Assembly (NCBI GenBank): GCA_937625935.1
Contig: OW569346.1
Location: 496,001 to 560,000 of the forward strand
Reading direction: 5' to 3'
From: Tetramitus jugosus
Taxonomy: Eukaryota > Protista > Heterolobosea
DNA: 64,000 nucleotides
Shown: one piece after another, positions 22,537 through 31,124 of the stretch
Numbering within the stretch: the first letter of the stretch is position 1
Layout of the letters: every line of letters starts with the position of its first letter
Notes under the pieces: model-generated
Told to the model about the DNA's origin: nothing
Database searches by the model: none
The model's input: only the letters and a program-made list of their open reading frames with translations
Made by a program: the position numbers and the translations under genes

Positions 22537-22544
22537 GAGATTTG
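22529..22544 (+). repeat. Left copy of 16-bp direct repeat TTAAGTGAGAGATTTG
   Basis: Exact match to 26564-26579 (19/20 if extended leftwards to CACY). Confidence 0.95.
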
Positions 22545-22857
22545 TCGTATAGCTATATACATACTCTGGAACGAAAAATCTTGACTTCCTATCAATGTAC
22601 TTTTGTGTCCGATTCACTAATCGTTCACTCATCAACTGTAAGCATTCTGATTTTTCAACCCACCACAGTGTACACATCGGGCACTGTTGCATTCGACGAT
22701 AACTTGACTTCACAATTGGCAGGCAACCCCGCAACCACCTTCTTCACACTACAATTAAAAAACATATACAAAACAATAGTTTAACTTTACAAAAACATTC
22801 TTACAAATTGTAATACACAAAACAAAAAATACATACGCCTTTAACAAATCATTCTGT

Positions 22858-23343
22858 TTATTGATTAACAACTCTCCACCCTCCAGGGACCAATTCAAAT
22901 TGTTCCCATGAACATGCCAAGTAGAATCCCTTCCACTTCACATAACCATACCAAGAACCATTTTGATACTTCCAATCCAGAACATCATCAATTTGATAGA
23001 ACTGTCCATTGGAGGTGTAGTTTTGGTGAATGTGACAGTACTGGGTTCCACGTTTCCTTTGCAATTTGCACGGTAAGCCTGACTTGCAAACGGCCAAACA
23101 GTATGAGTACAAATTGTCCATATAAGACCTTATTGTTGATAGATTATTGACCATCGAAGATCGAAAATCCCGACACGTCAATACCAAATTCAACACATCT
23201 TCTACACCAAGGAACGAACCAACTAGATACACAAATAAATCAATATGTATAGCGGTTATTCTTACTTTTCTTTTGACTCCAAACTTTACCAATTGTTGGT
23301 GTTGGTTATGTCTTCTTTTGGCGCCTTTTCCTTGTTTTCCCAT
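22858..23343 (-). CDS. F-box-like + Cys3His zinc finger + chromodomain protein (161 aa from MGKQGK)
   Basis: Basic N-terminus; F-box-like IHIDLFVYLVGSFLGVEDVLNLVLTCRDFR; CLAVCKSGLPCK...GTQYCHIH; chromodomain-like FYQIDDVLDWK...YVKWKGF...SWE. Confidence 0.7.
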   Translation of the reverse strand: MGKQGKGAKRRHNQHQQLVKFGVKRKVRITAIHIDLFVYLVGSFLGVEDVLNLVLTCRDFRSSMVNNLSTIRSYMDNLYSYCLAVCKSGLPCKLQRKRGTQYCHIHQNYTSNGQFYQIDDVLDWKYQNGSWYGYVKWKGFYLACSWEQFELVPGGWRVVNQ

Positions 23344-23352
23344 TTGTTCATT

Positions 23353-23619
23353 GATTTTTTTCATCAAAAAAACTTGCAAAAAACAGAAAACAAACACTCT
23401 GAAGGACATCGTGAGAGCGAGTGACCTGATGATGAGTATGAGTTTTCTGAAGTTTGTCAAATTCTGTCCTATTGATACCATTAGAGATTTTTTCATCAAA
23501 AAAACAAAAGCACAGAAAACAAACACTCTGAAGGACATCGTGAGAGCGAGTGACCTGATGATGAGTGTGAGTTTTCTGACGTTTGTCAAATTCTGTCCTA
23601 CTATTGATACCATTAGAGA
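23353..23619. repeat. Tandem duplication, two ~133-bp units
   Basis: 23353-23487 and 23486-23619 are nearly identical, with a few substitutions and indels. Confidence 0.92.
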
Positions 23620-23640
23620 GGTGTTGAATTGTCCGATAAC

Positions 23641-24262
23641 TTGAGTATTCAGATCTCATTGATGACACTTGCTCTTCAAACATATCCTGATAACACTGAC
23701 TATATGTCAACAAGATTATTAATAACATTGCTAGTCAATTGAATAGCACTGCACTTGCTTCAAATGAAATTGTAGACATGTTGAAGCGATTGTTGTTGGT
23801 GCCACTCGAGTCATACAACAATGTGCTAACAGTTTTGAAGTTGGAGAAGTATGGTGATATTATTCATTCTCTTGGATATGAACAGAGAAAGTTTATTGCA
23901 CTGAGCATTGTGAGATGCGCACTTGACAATGGACACAAGATTTCAACATTTGAACATTTGAACAAGTGAACAAACTGTTTGATTTGATTCGTCCACTGTT
24001 GAAGGATGAGGAAGACCAGACAACATTCTCACCTTCTGACGACTCACCAATAGCTGCAACATTGCTCGAAGATTTCGAAGAAGAACAGAACTTGATTGCC
24101 AGATTGGTTCATTTGTTTGATAATAGCGATTCTGATCAATTGTTTAAAGTTTTGGCCGCAGCCAGAAAGCACTTTGGTCAGGGTGGTGTCAAGAGAATTC
24201 AATACACATTGGTACCGCTTGTATTCTCCTACTTGAAACTTGCTCAGAGAATCTACAATGCA
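23641..24262 (+). pseudogene. VPS35: Captured internal fragment of VPS35 (retromer) with two frameshifts
   Basis: SIQISLMTLALQTYPD...LLLVPLESYNNVLTVLKL...DFEEEQNLIARLVH...ARKHFGQGGVKRIQYTLVPLVF matches the central VPS35 region. Extra TA at ~23701 and 8-nt duplication AACATTTG at ~23945-23960. Confidence 0.88.
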
Positions 24263-24617
24263 CACTGCAAATAGACACCTCTTGTCGACTCTCCATCTTT
24301 TTGATTGATTTGATTGTTGTTGTTGATGTTCGTTGTGCGACTTGTGTTTTTCGTTGTTGTTGTCGTGTCAGAGAGAAAGTTTTTCGTTGGTTCAAGATTG
24401 GATAGATAGGTGGATATATTATAAAAAAATACAATAAATGTTGTATCAGTTTCCTCTAAGCTGCGGAATTGGTGCAGTTGTAAAAATTTCCGTTGAGACT
24501 GTCTTTACAACGGCAACGGCCATCTACCTCGGTTTAAAAAGCGCTGTCTTTTTCGCTGTTTGATTCATCTCACACAACAAATACAACACAACAAATACAC
24601 CACACAACAATAACATT

Positions 24618-26567
24618 ATGCCACGAGGCGTGCCTAAGGACGGTAAGAGAAAGAGAAAGAGAGAGACTGTCAAAAAGAATGAATACTCATCACATTACGT
24701 GGTCAAGGTCGGTCTGAAGTCTCTGTTGTTGCATCATCCAACTCTGTTACCAATCATACAAACTCAAGCTCTGGAGATTACAAGGATTGCTCTTCGACTC
24801 ACAAGATTTATAAACATATTTGTTTTGAGGCACTTGGAGAACAATTGTGATATCCCTCTCTTGAATCAAGGATTTATTCAACGAATCGGTTCAGTGTTGT
24901 TTGGACGCAAGTCGAAGACAAGAGACGATAATGTCAACCTCATCAACGGGTCAGTCAACATGGATGACGTAATAATCAAGCTAAGGAAGATTTGTGAGAA
25001 GTTATCCAAATCCATCAATTACGTTGCCAAGTCTCTCAATGTCAATATTTCTAACATGCTCAAGTTCACATTGGAACAAAGGCTGAGAAAGTACTTGAGA
25101 GTGAGGATGGCTCAATTGCACAATGGTCAATCAATCCCCAGGTCTGAATACAGAAGAGTAGTAGAATACATCATCAGAAAGTTGATATTTGTCACTCCAG
25201 TTTATGATTTTGTCAAACTGCCTCCAAAAGAGTTGATAGAGACTATTCCTGTGTTGATCCAAGAGGTTCGAACATTTGTTGGTGCTGAAACCGACGAAGT
25301 GGTTGATGAATCGTTTGTGAACAACAACACCAATAACATGCTGAAGTTTTACTGGCATGTTCAACAGTTTCTGATTGTCAATGGAACAAAATCATTTGCA
25401 TTGTTGCCCTTGTCCCACTTTAAATGTAGATGCATGGAGATAGGTACAACGGACCTGATAGACATGCGCCAACAGAAGAAGAAGGGAAATGTACAAGTAA
25501 TTGAACCCATTGAATTGAAGTATAATCTCAAGTGTTTGAATGTTGGAACAAAGAAGATTCAAATCGACTCAATCAGAACAGACGGTATTCAGGCCTCTGT
25601 TGTTCTCAGACATCAACTCGTTGGCATCCACAAGAACAATAAGGCAAAGGTATCCAAGGGCCAGAAAGAAGCAAAGAAGATGAAGAAAGAAGCAACTATT
25701 GTTGATCAAAATGCAGATTACTTGATTGGTATCGATCCTGGTATTGTCACATTGATGAGTTGTGCCGATTCAGATGGTAAAAAGTGGGAGTTCTCCAATA
25801 AGGCATACAGACGACTGTCTCATCATTCACAGAACGCCAAACGTTTGTTGAAATACAAAGCAAAATGGAACACGAAAACTGGAAAAGATTTAGATGAACT
25901 CCATAACTCGATCAAACAAGCCAGTGTATCGACAAGTGATCTGTTTATCGAACACATTGATTCTGTTTTGAAAGTCGAAGATGACTTGCTTGATTTTTAT
26001 TGCACTCCAAAGGTGAAGAGACTGAATTGGGACAGCTATATTATGAGAGACAAAACAATTGCTGGAGTAATGAATGATTTTCACAAAAGAGCAAATGGAA
26101 GAAAGATGGTCATTGGCATGGGCAATGCTGGTTTCAAAAATAGTTATAGAGGACATGCTTCAACGCCCAAGGGCAAGCTGTTGAAGAAACTGAATGAACG
26201 ATTTGAAGTGAAAATGATTGACGAATTCATGACCAGCCAAAAATGTTGTGCTTGCCATTCCCATTTGAAGCCAGTCAAGCACAAACGAATGGACAAGAAA
26301 GGTGTATCGGCAATCTCTATTGTACGAGGAGTTAAGCAGTGTGCAACCACTAAATGTTTAGTGACTCACAACAGAGACATCAATGCGGCCAAGAACATGC
26401 TCCATCTACTGAGAACAGAAATGGATGGACAGTCACGTCCCAATGCCTTCAAGAGGAAGAAAAAGGTCGCAAAAGAATTAATCAAAATGGTGGAACACCT
26501 CCAAGGCTCACTCCATCAAGCTGCTATGTCCTATTATGGTTTGATCGACAGTGGACCGCCACCTTAA
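24618..26567 (+). CDS. Fanzor1 RNA-guided endonuclease (eukaryotic TnpB homolog)
   Basis: N-terminal NLS-like KRKRKR; FALLP and TDG motifs; RuvC-I IGIDPG (D373); Gly at the canonical RuvC-II position (VIGMGN) with shifted Glu in IDEFMTS (E536); CxxC...CxxxxC zinc ribbon; RuvC-III NRDINAAKN (D587); intronless. Confidence 0.93.
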   Translation: MPRGVPKDGKRKRKRETVKKNEYSSHYVVKVGLKSLLLHHPTLLPIIQTQALEITRIALRLTRFINIFVLRHLENNCDIPLLNQGFIQRIGSVLFGRKSKTRDDNVNLINGSVNMDDVIIKLRKICEKLSKSINYVAKSLNVNISNMLKFTLEQRLRKYLRVRMAQLHNGQSIPRSEYRRVVEYIIRKLIFVTPVYDFVKLPPKELIETIPVLIQEVRTFVGAETDEVVDESFVNNNTNNMLKFYWHVQQFLIVNGTKSFALLPLSHFKCRCMEIGTTDLIDMRQQKKKGNVQVIEPIELKYNLKCLNVGTKKIQIDSIRTDGIQASVVLRHQLVGIHKNNKAKVSKGQKEAKKMKKEATIVDQNADYLIGIDPGIVTLMSCADSDGKKWEFSNKAYRRLSHHSQNAKRLLKYKAKWNTKTGKDLDELHNSIKQASVSTSDLFIEHIDSVLKVEDDLLDFYCTPKVKRLNWDSYIMRDKTIAGVMNDFHKRANGRKMVIGMGNAGFKNSYRGHASTPKGKLLKKLNERFEVKMIDEFMTSQKCCACHSHLKPVKHKRMDKKGVSAISIVRGVKQCATTKCLVTHNRDINAAKNMLHLLRTEMDGQSRPNAFKRKKKVAKELIKMVEHLQGSLHQAAMSYYGLIDSGPPP

Positions 26568-26585
26568 GTGAGAGATTTGACAAAT
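26480..26585 (+). ncRNA. Candidate Fanzor omegaRNA (scaffold overlapping ORF 3' end, guide from the right flank)
   Basis: Located at the element's right end. GGTGG 26489-93 can pair with CCACC 26559-63; ATCAAGCT 26515-22 can pair with GGTTTGAT 26538-45. Boundaries are inferred. Confidence 0.5.
26564..26579 (+). repeat. Right copy of 16-bp direct repeat TTAAGTGAGAGATTTG
   Basis: Exact match to 22529-22544; contains the Fanzor stop codon TAA (26565-26567). Confidence 0.95.
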
Positions 26586-26671
26586 GAATCATACAGAGAG
26601 CAATTGATAAGTAGAATGCCTATTTATTTCACTGTTGGAAAAATAAAATGATAGTATAATACAGTTAGGTC

Positions 26672-28390
26672 CTACATCAGCCTCTCCATTTTCCTAACAT
26701 TCTTGTTTATATGTACATCTTGTTTGTCAACTTTTTCACTCAATTTGTCTAATTGAATATTTGATTTGTCAAGTTGATCACCCATTGTGTGGGCCATATT
26801 CTTCAAATTAACCAAAACGTGCAGCATTTGGTCTTGCTTCTCATCACTTTCCTTCCTCTTCTTCTGTCTGGCAATTTGCATAAGCACTTGCGATCTATCA
26901 GATGAGGAAGGATCTTGCATGGAGTTGTCTTCTGTGGTAAACCTTAGTCGATCGTCAGAAACTAATGTCGATAAACACTGTTGTAATAGCCGATTCTTTT
27001 CCAATGCCGCCACGGAGCAACTGCGAACTGTCCCCACTCGACTCGCGTTTTGCAAATGATACAAAATAATAGGAGCAAACACGGACACTATTTCATATCC
27101 TAGCACAGATGGTTCCCTGTCTGTACTGATCGCTGCTTTGAAAGAGATCCTAAAGTGACACTCTGTTGTCAAATATTCAATGTATTGAATATGAGAAATG
27201 GCAATCGATTGAGAAACGACACGATTCGACTCATTGACCAATTCTATACAATTACGATTGTTCGTGAATGCAAGTATCGAATGCACAAACTTTTCATCTG
27301 CTTTCGTCTTTACACACACCGGAAAGCTACTCTCATACGAGAACACATGATTCTTATTGTCAGAGATGGATGAGCTCCTAGTCGAATGTGACAACGTCGT
27401 GGATTCTTCCATGGGTTGCGCATAGTGTGGTTCAGACGGTGGTAACCGATGCAACGTCACCAAATTCTTCATTGTTCCCGTCAAGGACGTCATACCGCGC
27501 AACAATCGATCCGACACTCTCAAATGATCTTCAATCTCATCCAATTGTCGATCCGATTGATTCAAACATTCTTCTTGTCTTGCCAGTGAATCAATTGTGC
27601 CTTGAGCTCTATTCATTGCGTACAATGCCTTTCGTATCATTCGATCATCAACGTTCTCTCTTTGTTGGTCATTGTTTAGACTCGAGTCTAACACCACTGG
27701 CGGTGGCAATGATGACAATGATTTCTTCTGATTTGTGGACCGGCTCTGCTTCTCCCACTTGCTCACTCGATTTGTCTTGTTACTCTTCGTCCTATTGACT
27801 CTGTTGTTCGATGGATCATCATCATTATTATTATTATTATTACCACCACACCACTTGTTTTGATAGTCAACAAATGAATGATAGTACAGAGCATAGCACG
27901 GAGAATGCTGTGACATTGTCCAACAATGATTCAACCAACAAAACACATCGTCATTGACACATGAACTCGTCAGTATCATTCTCTGCAACAATGATGCTTC
28001 TGCACTCTCCTGTTGTTGTTGTTGTTGTTGAGTCTCATCTGTTTTTATCATTGATGATGATGATGATGTGATGGACTGTTGAACATCAAAGCTATGAAAC
28101 ACAAAACTATTTTGCACGGCATGATCAGTAGTAGTAGTCGTAGTAGAGCTACTAGTCGTGACAATGTGAATGCAAGAGCGCAACAAGTAATAGCAAAGAG
28201 ATGTCGATTGAGTCAATTGAGTCACTCGTTTCCAGGAACATGACACGATGATGGGTTGTTGCTGTTGCTGTTGTTGTTGCTGTTCTCCAACAAAATAAAA
28301 GCATGACGCATCACAGAAGAGAGTTCCGGCGATGGGAGCGGAGAATTTTGATTTTTGGAGGGAACAAGTGCATTGGAAGATGATTGTCAT
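26672..28390 (-). CDS. Qbc-SNARE (SNAP-25/29/47-like) with N-terminal GRAM/PH-like region
   Basis: Two SNARE motifs: LARQEECLNQSDRQLDEIE...LLRGMTS and LVNLKNMAHTMGDQLDKSNIQLDKL. Confidence 0.75.
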   Translation of the reverse strand: MTIIFQCTCSLQKSKFSAPIAGTLFCDASCFYFVGEQQQQQQQQQPIIVSCSWKRVTQLTQSTSLCYYLLRSCIHIVTTSSSTTTTTTDHAVQNSFVFHSFDVQQSITSSSSSMIKTDETQQQQQQQESAEASLLQRMILTSSCVNDDVFCWLNHCWTMSQHSPCYALYYHSFVDYQNKWCGGNNNNNNDDDPSNNRVNRTKSNKTNRVSKWEKQSRSTNQKKSLSSLPPPVVLDSSLNNDQQRENVDDRMIRKALYAMNRAQGTIDSLARQEECLNQSDRQLDEIEDHLRVSDRLLRGMTSLTGTMKNLVTLHRLPPSEPHYAQPMEESTTLSHSTRSSSISDNKNHVFSYESSFPVCVKTKADEKFVHSILAFTNNRNCIELVNESNRVVSQSIAISHIQYIEYLTTECHFRISFKAAISTDREPSVLGYEIVSVFAPIILYHLQNASRVGTVRSCSVAALEKNRLLQQCLSTLVSDDRLRFTTEDNSMQDPSSSDRSQVLMQIARQKKRKESDEKQDQMLHVLVNLKNMAHTMGDQLDKSNIQLDKLSEKVDKQDVHINKNVRKMERLM

Positions 28391-28760
28391 CTTGAAATGA
28401 GGTGGTGAAGTTGTGTTCTTTTTGTTTGTTTCTGTGCTTGTTGGTTCGTGTATTCTTGTTCAATGACGTTGGTTCCTATTGTTGTTGTTTGTTGTTTTGT
28501 CTTAGCTTTGCTGCTGTTCGTTGAAGCTAATAAAAAACTCTTGCGTTTCCTGGAACGAGAACAAAAAGTTTCATCATTGGCCACCTCAAAAAAAAAAGCG
28601 CGCAAAGCTCCACAAAGTCAAAAAACGAAAAAAAAAACAAGAGACAAGAGAGGGATTGTTTTTTTGTTGATCGTCACAAAGTCGAACTTCTCTATATATC
28701 TCTTCTGCGTTTTAAAACATCATAAACACGCCATAAAACCGCCATATACATATCATCATC

Positions 28761-31124
28761 ATGAACAGAGGTACACCACCACCTTCACTTCAACAACAAC
28801 AACAGTATCGCTCCACCACTCCTCCCACTTCTCGTTCTACGACTCCTCCCACTTCTCGTAGCTCTCCACCCTTGCACAACATTCATCCAACTGCCAGAAC
28901 TCCTTCCACTCCATCGACTACAACACCAACAACAACAACACCAACAGTAAAATCAACAACAACGACTCCTCCAACAACAAATGGTAGTTCTCGCATATCA
29001 CCTACTCTATCAAAACCTCAATCAGCAACAGGTGTCAATGCAAGCAGTGGTGGTCCACCTACTCAATTCACTGCGCGACCCAGAGACTTTGAGTGTTCAT
29101 TCAGTCAAAACAGAGGTACCATCACAGTGAATCGAAAGAACGTTTATTGGAGAGAAACAAACATGTTGGCTCACTCTGGTGATCCATTGTCATCGTCAGC
29201 AGTATCATCGTCATCTGCATTCCACCTCAAAGAATGGCGATTCACCTATGATTTATTGGAGGATATTCGCGTTCATAAAAACATTCCAAAAATTCGTTTT
29301 GTGTTGTCTAAACCGATTCACATACCTACCAATCAGGGACTCATTGGTGGTGTAGGTGGCATGGGTGGTAGTGCCACTGCCGGTAGTGGTGTCGGCGGTG
29401 CATCTGCCGGAACAATTGCCAGCAAGAATGTCGATGTTGAATTCAACACACTCGAAGCCAGAAATTTGTGCAAGCAGTGCGTGTCAGAGTTTCACAGACT
29501 GTTCCGGTTGGAATCAGCACTCACAAAGACTGATCGATTAAAGTATCAAGAACTGAGCAAGAATCAAGAGTTGAATATGCTGTATCACGAATTGGTAAAG
29601 ACGGGCTTGTTGAGTGAAGATGAATTTTGGGAAACGAGAATGCACTTGTTGAAGGAGGATGGTCGATCGGTGAGTAAGACTCTGGGTCCAAAGAACGCAT
29701 TGGACACGATATTGGACCCGAATCAGCCCACATGGAACTTGAACCGTCAAATTATTAGGCAAATCTTCATTGAGTATCCAGGTGCTCAGGAAGCGTTCCA
29801 GAAGAAGGTTCCAAACGAGATGACCGAAGAACAGTTTTGGGAAAAGTTTCGAACATCGTACTATTTTCACAAGACGAGAGCAGCCAAGGCCGACACGACA
29901 AAGGCTGATATCTTTAAGCCATATGAGAAGGCTGATGAAAAGCAGGCACAGGAGGAGCTCAAAGCAGTTGCCGTGGAAAAGTTTGTGGATCTGACTAGGG
30001 ATGAAACGTTGGGTATTGGTTATGGTGTGAAGCCTGATGAGCTCACTGCACCTGCACCCAAGATGGCAGAAAACAAATTACTGCATCACTTGAATCTGAC
30101 ATCGGCTCGTGTCATGAGGGATTACTTGGGCGAGAAGAAGAAGGCTGTTCCTGATCAACCCAATATCAGTGATGCCATTTCAGGGGAGGTTGTCTCTGGG
30201 ACTAATGATCCGATGAGCCAAGCGAGAAAGCACACCATTATGGATGATTTGATGATTGAGAATGAGAGTCAAACATTGATCCCATTGAAAATTCAGGACA
30301 AGCACAGATATTTTGAGGGATTATTGTCAGATAACACGAAGCAGAATGCAACAGGACTGGGTAGTACTCAAGTCAATCTATCATGTACACAAACGGAAAT
30401 GCTTGATATGTTTAGGACTGAAGTTGATATGCTCATGTTTGAGAGTGATAGCTTCAGGAACTCTCTTGTACCAAATGATCTCGCATCGACTATCGCTGGC
30501 GAAATTATTAATTTGATTACACAAAACGATGTGACAATTGCAGAGTACAATGATCAATCATTGAGCCCTGACTTTTTATCGAAATTTAAAACGACATATG
30601 CCCTGGTCAATGAAATTTTGAGGCATGTGTGGGGATTACTCAGCACAACTACCAAACAGTGGAATGATAATGCAAGCTTTAGAACAAAGACCGAGAGTCT
30701 CATTGCAATGCTGCAGGGTCATCGCAAAAAGCTCTATTCATTCCAGGAGACTTATCCAAACCACCAGACCAAACAACTGACCAATGCTCTGATAGAGAGT
30801 ATTGATGTGGCCAATGAGATGTATCAACGGAGGAATGCCGTACCAGCACCAAGAGCAGGAATCGCACAGAGCAGTCCTCTGCAGAGACCTGTTCTGGGTA
30901 CTCCTGGTTCCGCCGGTCGACCTACTATTCAACCTATCGCCATAGGAACTCCAGGTACACCTGTCAACAAACCAACACTGTCCTTCTCCCTGAAACCTTC
31001 ACCAGGACTCGGTGTCAGATCACCACTTCAAGCACAACAACCAATTGCTAACAACAACAACGATGAAGAAGACGAAGAAGATGACGTTTTCAGTCGTCCC
31101 AACAAGAGAATGCGTGAAGCATAG
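28761..31124 (+). CDS. GTF2H1: TFIIH subunit p62 (Tfb1)
   Basis: PH-like N-domain; two BSD domains (LYHELVKTGLLSEDEFW; IFIEYP...VPNEMTEEQFWEKF). Confidence 0.85.
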   Translation: MNRGTPPPSLQQQQQYRSTTPPTSRSTTPPTSRSSPPLHNIHPTARTPSTPSTTTPTTTTPTVKSTTTTPPTTNGSSRISPTLSKPQSATGVNASSGGPPTQFTARPRDFECSFSQNRGTITVNRKNVYWRETNMLAHSGDPLSSSAVSSSSAFHLKEWRFTYDLLEDIRVHKNIPKIRFVLSKPIHIPTNQGLIGGVGGMGGSATAGSGVGGASAGTIASKNVDVEFNTLEARNLCKQCVSEFHRLFRLESALTKTDRLKYQELSKNQELNMLYHELVKTGLLSEDEFWETRMHLLKEDGRSVSKTLGPKNALDTILDPNQPTWNLNRQIIRQIFIEYPGAQEAFQKKVPNEMTEEQFWEKFRTSYYFHKTRAAKADTTKADIFKPYEKADEKQAQEELKAVAVEKFVDLTRDETLGIGYGVKPDELTAPAPKMAENKLLHHLNLTSARVMRDYLGEKKKAVPDQPNISDAISGEVVSGTNDPMSQARKHTIMDDLMIENESQTLIPLKIQDKHRYFEGLLSDNTKQNATGLGSTQVNLSCTQTEMLDMFRTEVDMLMFESDSFRNSLVPNDLASTIAGEIINLITQNDVTIAEYNDQSLSPDFLSKFKTTYALVNEILRHVWGLLSTTTKQWNDNASFRTKTESLIAMLQGHRKKLYSFQETYPNHQTKQLTNALIESIDVANEMYQRRNAVPAPRAGIAQSSPLQRPVLGTPGSAGRPTIQPIAIGTPGTPVNKPTLSFSLKPSPGLGVRSPLQAQQPIANNNNDEEDEEDDVFSRPNKRMREA

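Larger units (their letters stand above)
22545..26563 (+). mobile_element. Fanzor1-encoding insertion without transposase, flanked by 16-bp direct repeats
   Basis: Direct repeats at 22529-22544 and 26564-26579. Removing the insert leaves two convergent host genes ~100 bp apart. Contains Fanzor, a cargo gene and a captured pseudogene fragment. Confidence 0.85.

Noticed and set aside
23344-23613. N-terminal extension of the 251-aa ORF
   Set aside because: It consists of the tandem duplication with A/T runs. MGKQGK at 23343 is the more plausible start.
23353-23619. CRISPR-like or guide array; ATTTGACAAA match to the predicted guide on the minus strand
   Set aside because: Only two units with no spacers. 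The 10-nt AT-rich match lacks the seed and TAM and is plausible by chance.
22545-26567. Helitron, piggyBac or non-LTR retrotransposon identity for the Fanzor element
   Set aside because: It starts with TC and has a terminal hairpin, but there is no clear CTRR end and Helitrons make no TSD. TTAA is present but without TIRs. There is no RT and no poly(A) tail.
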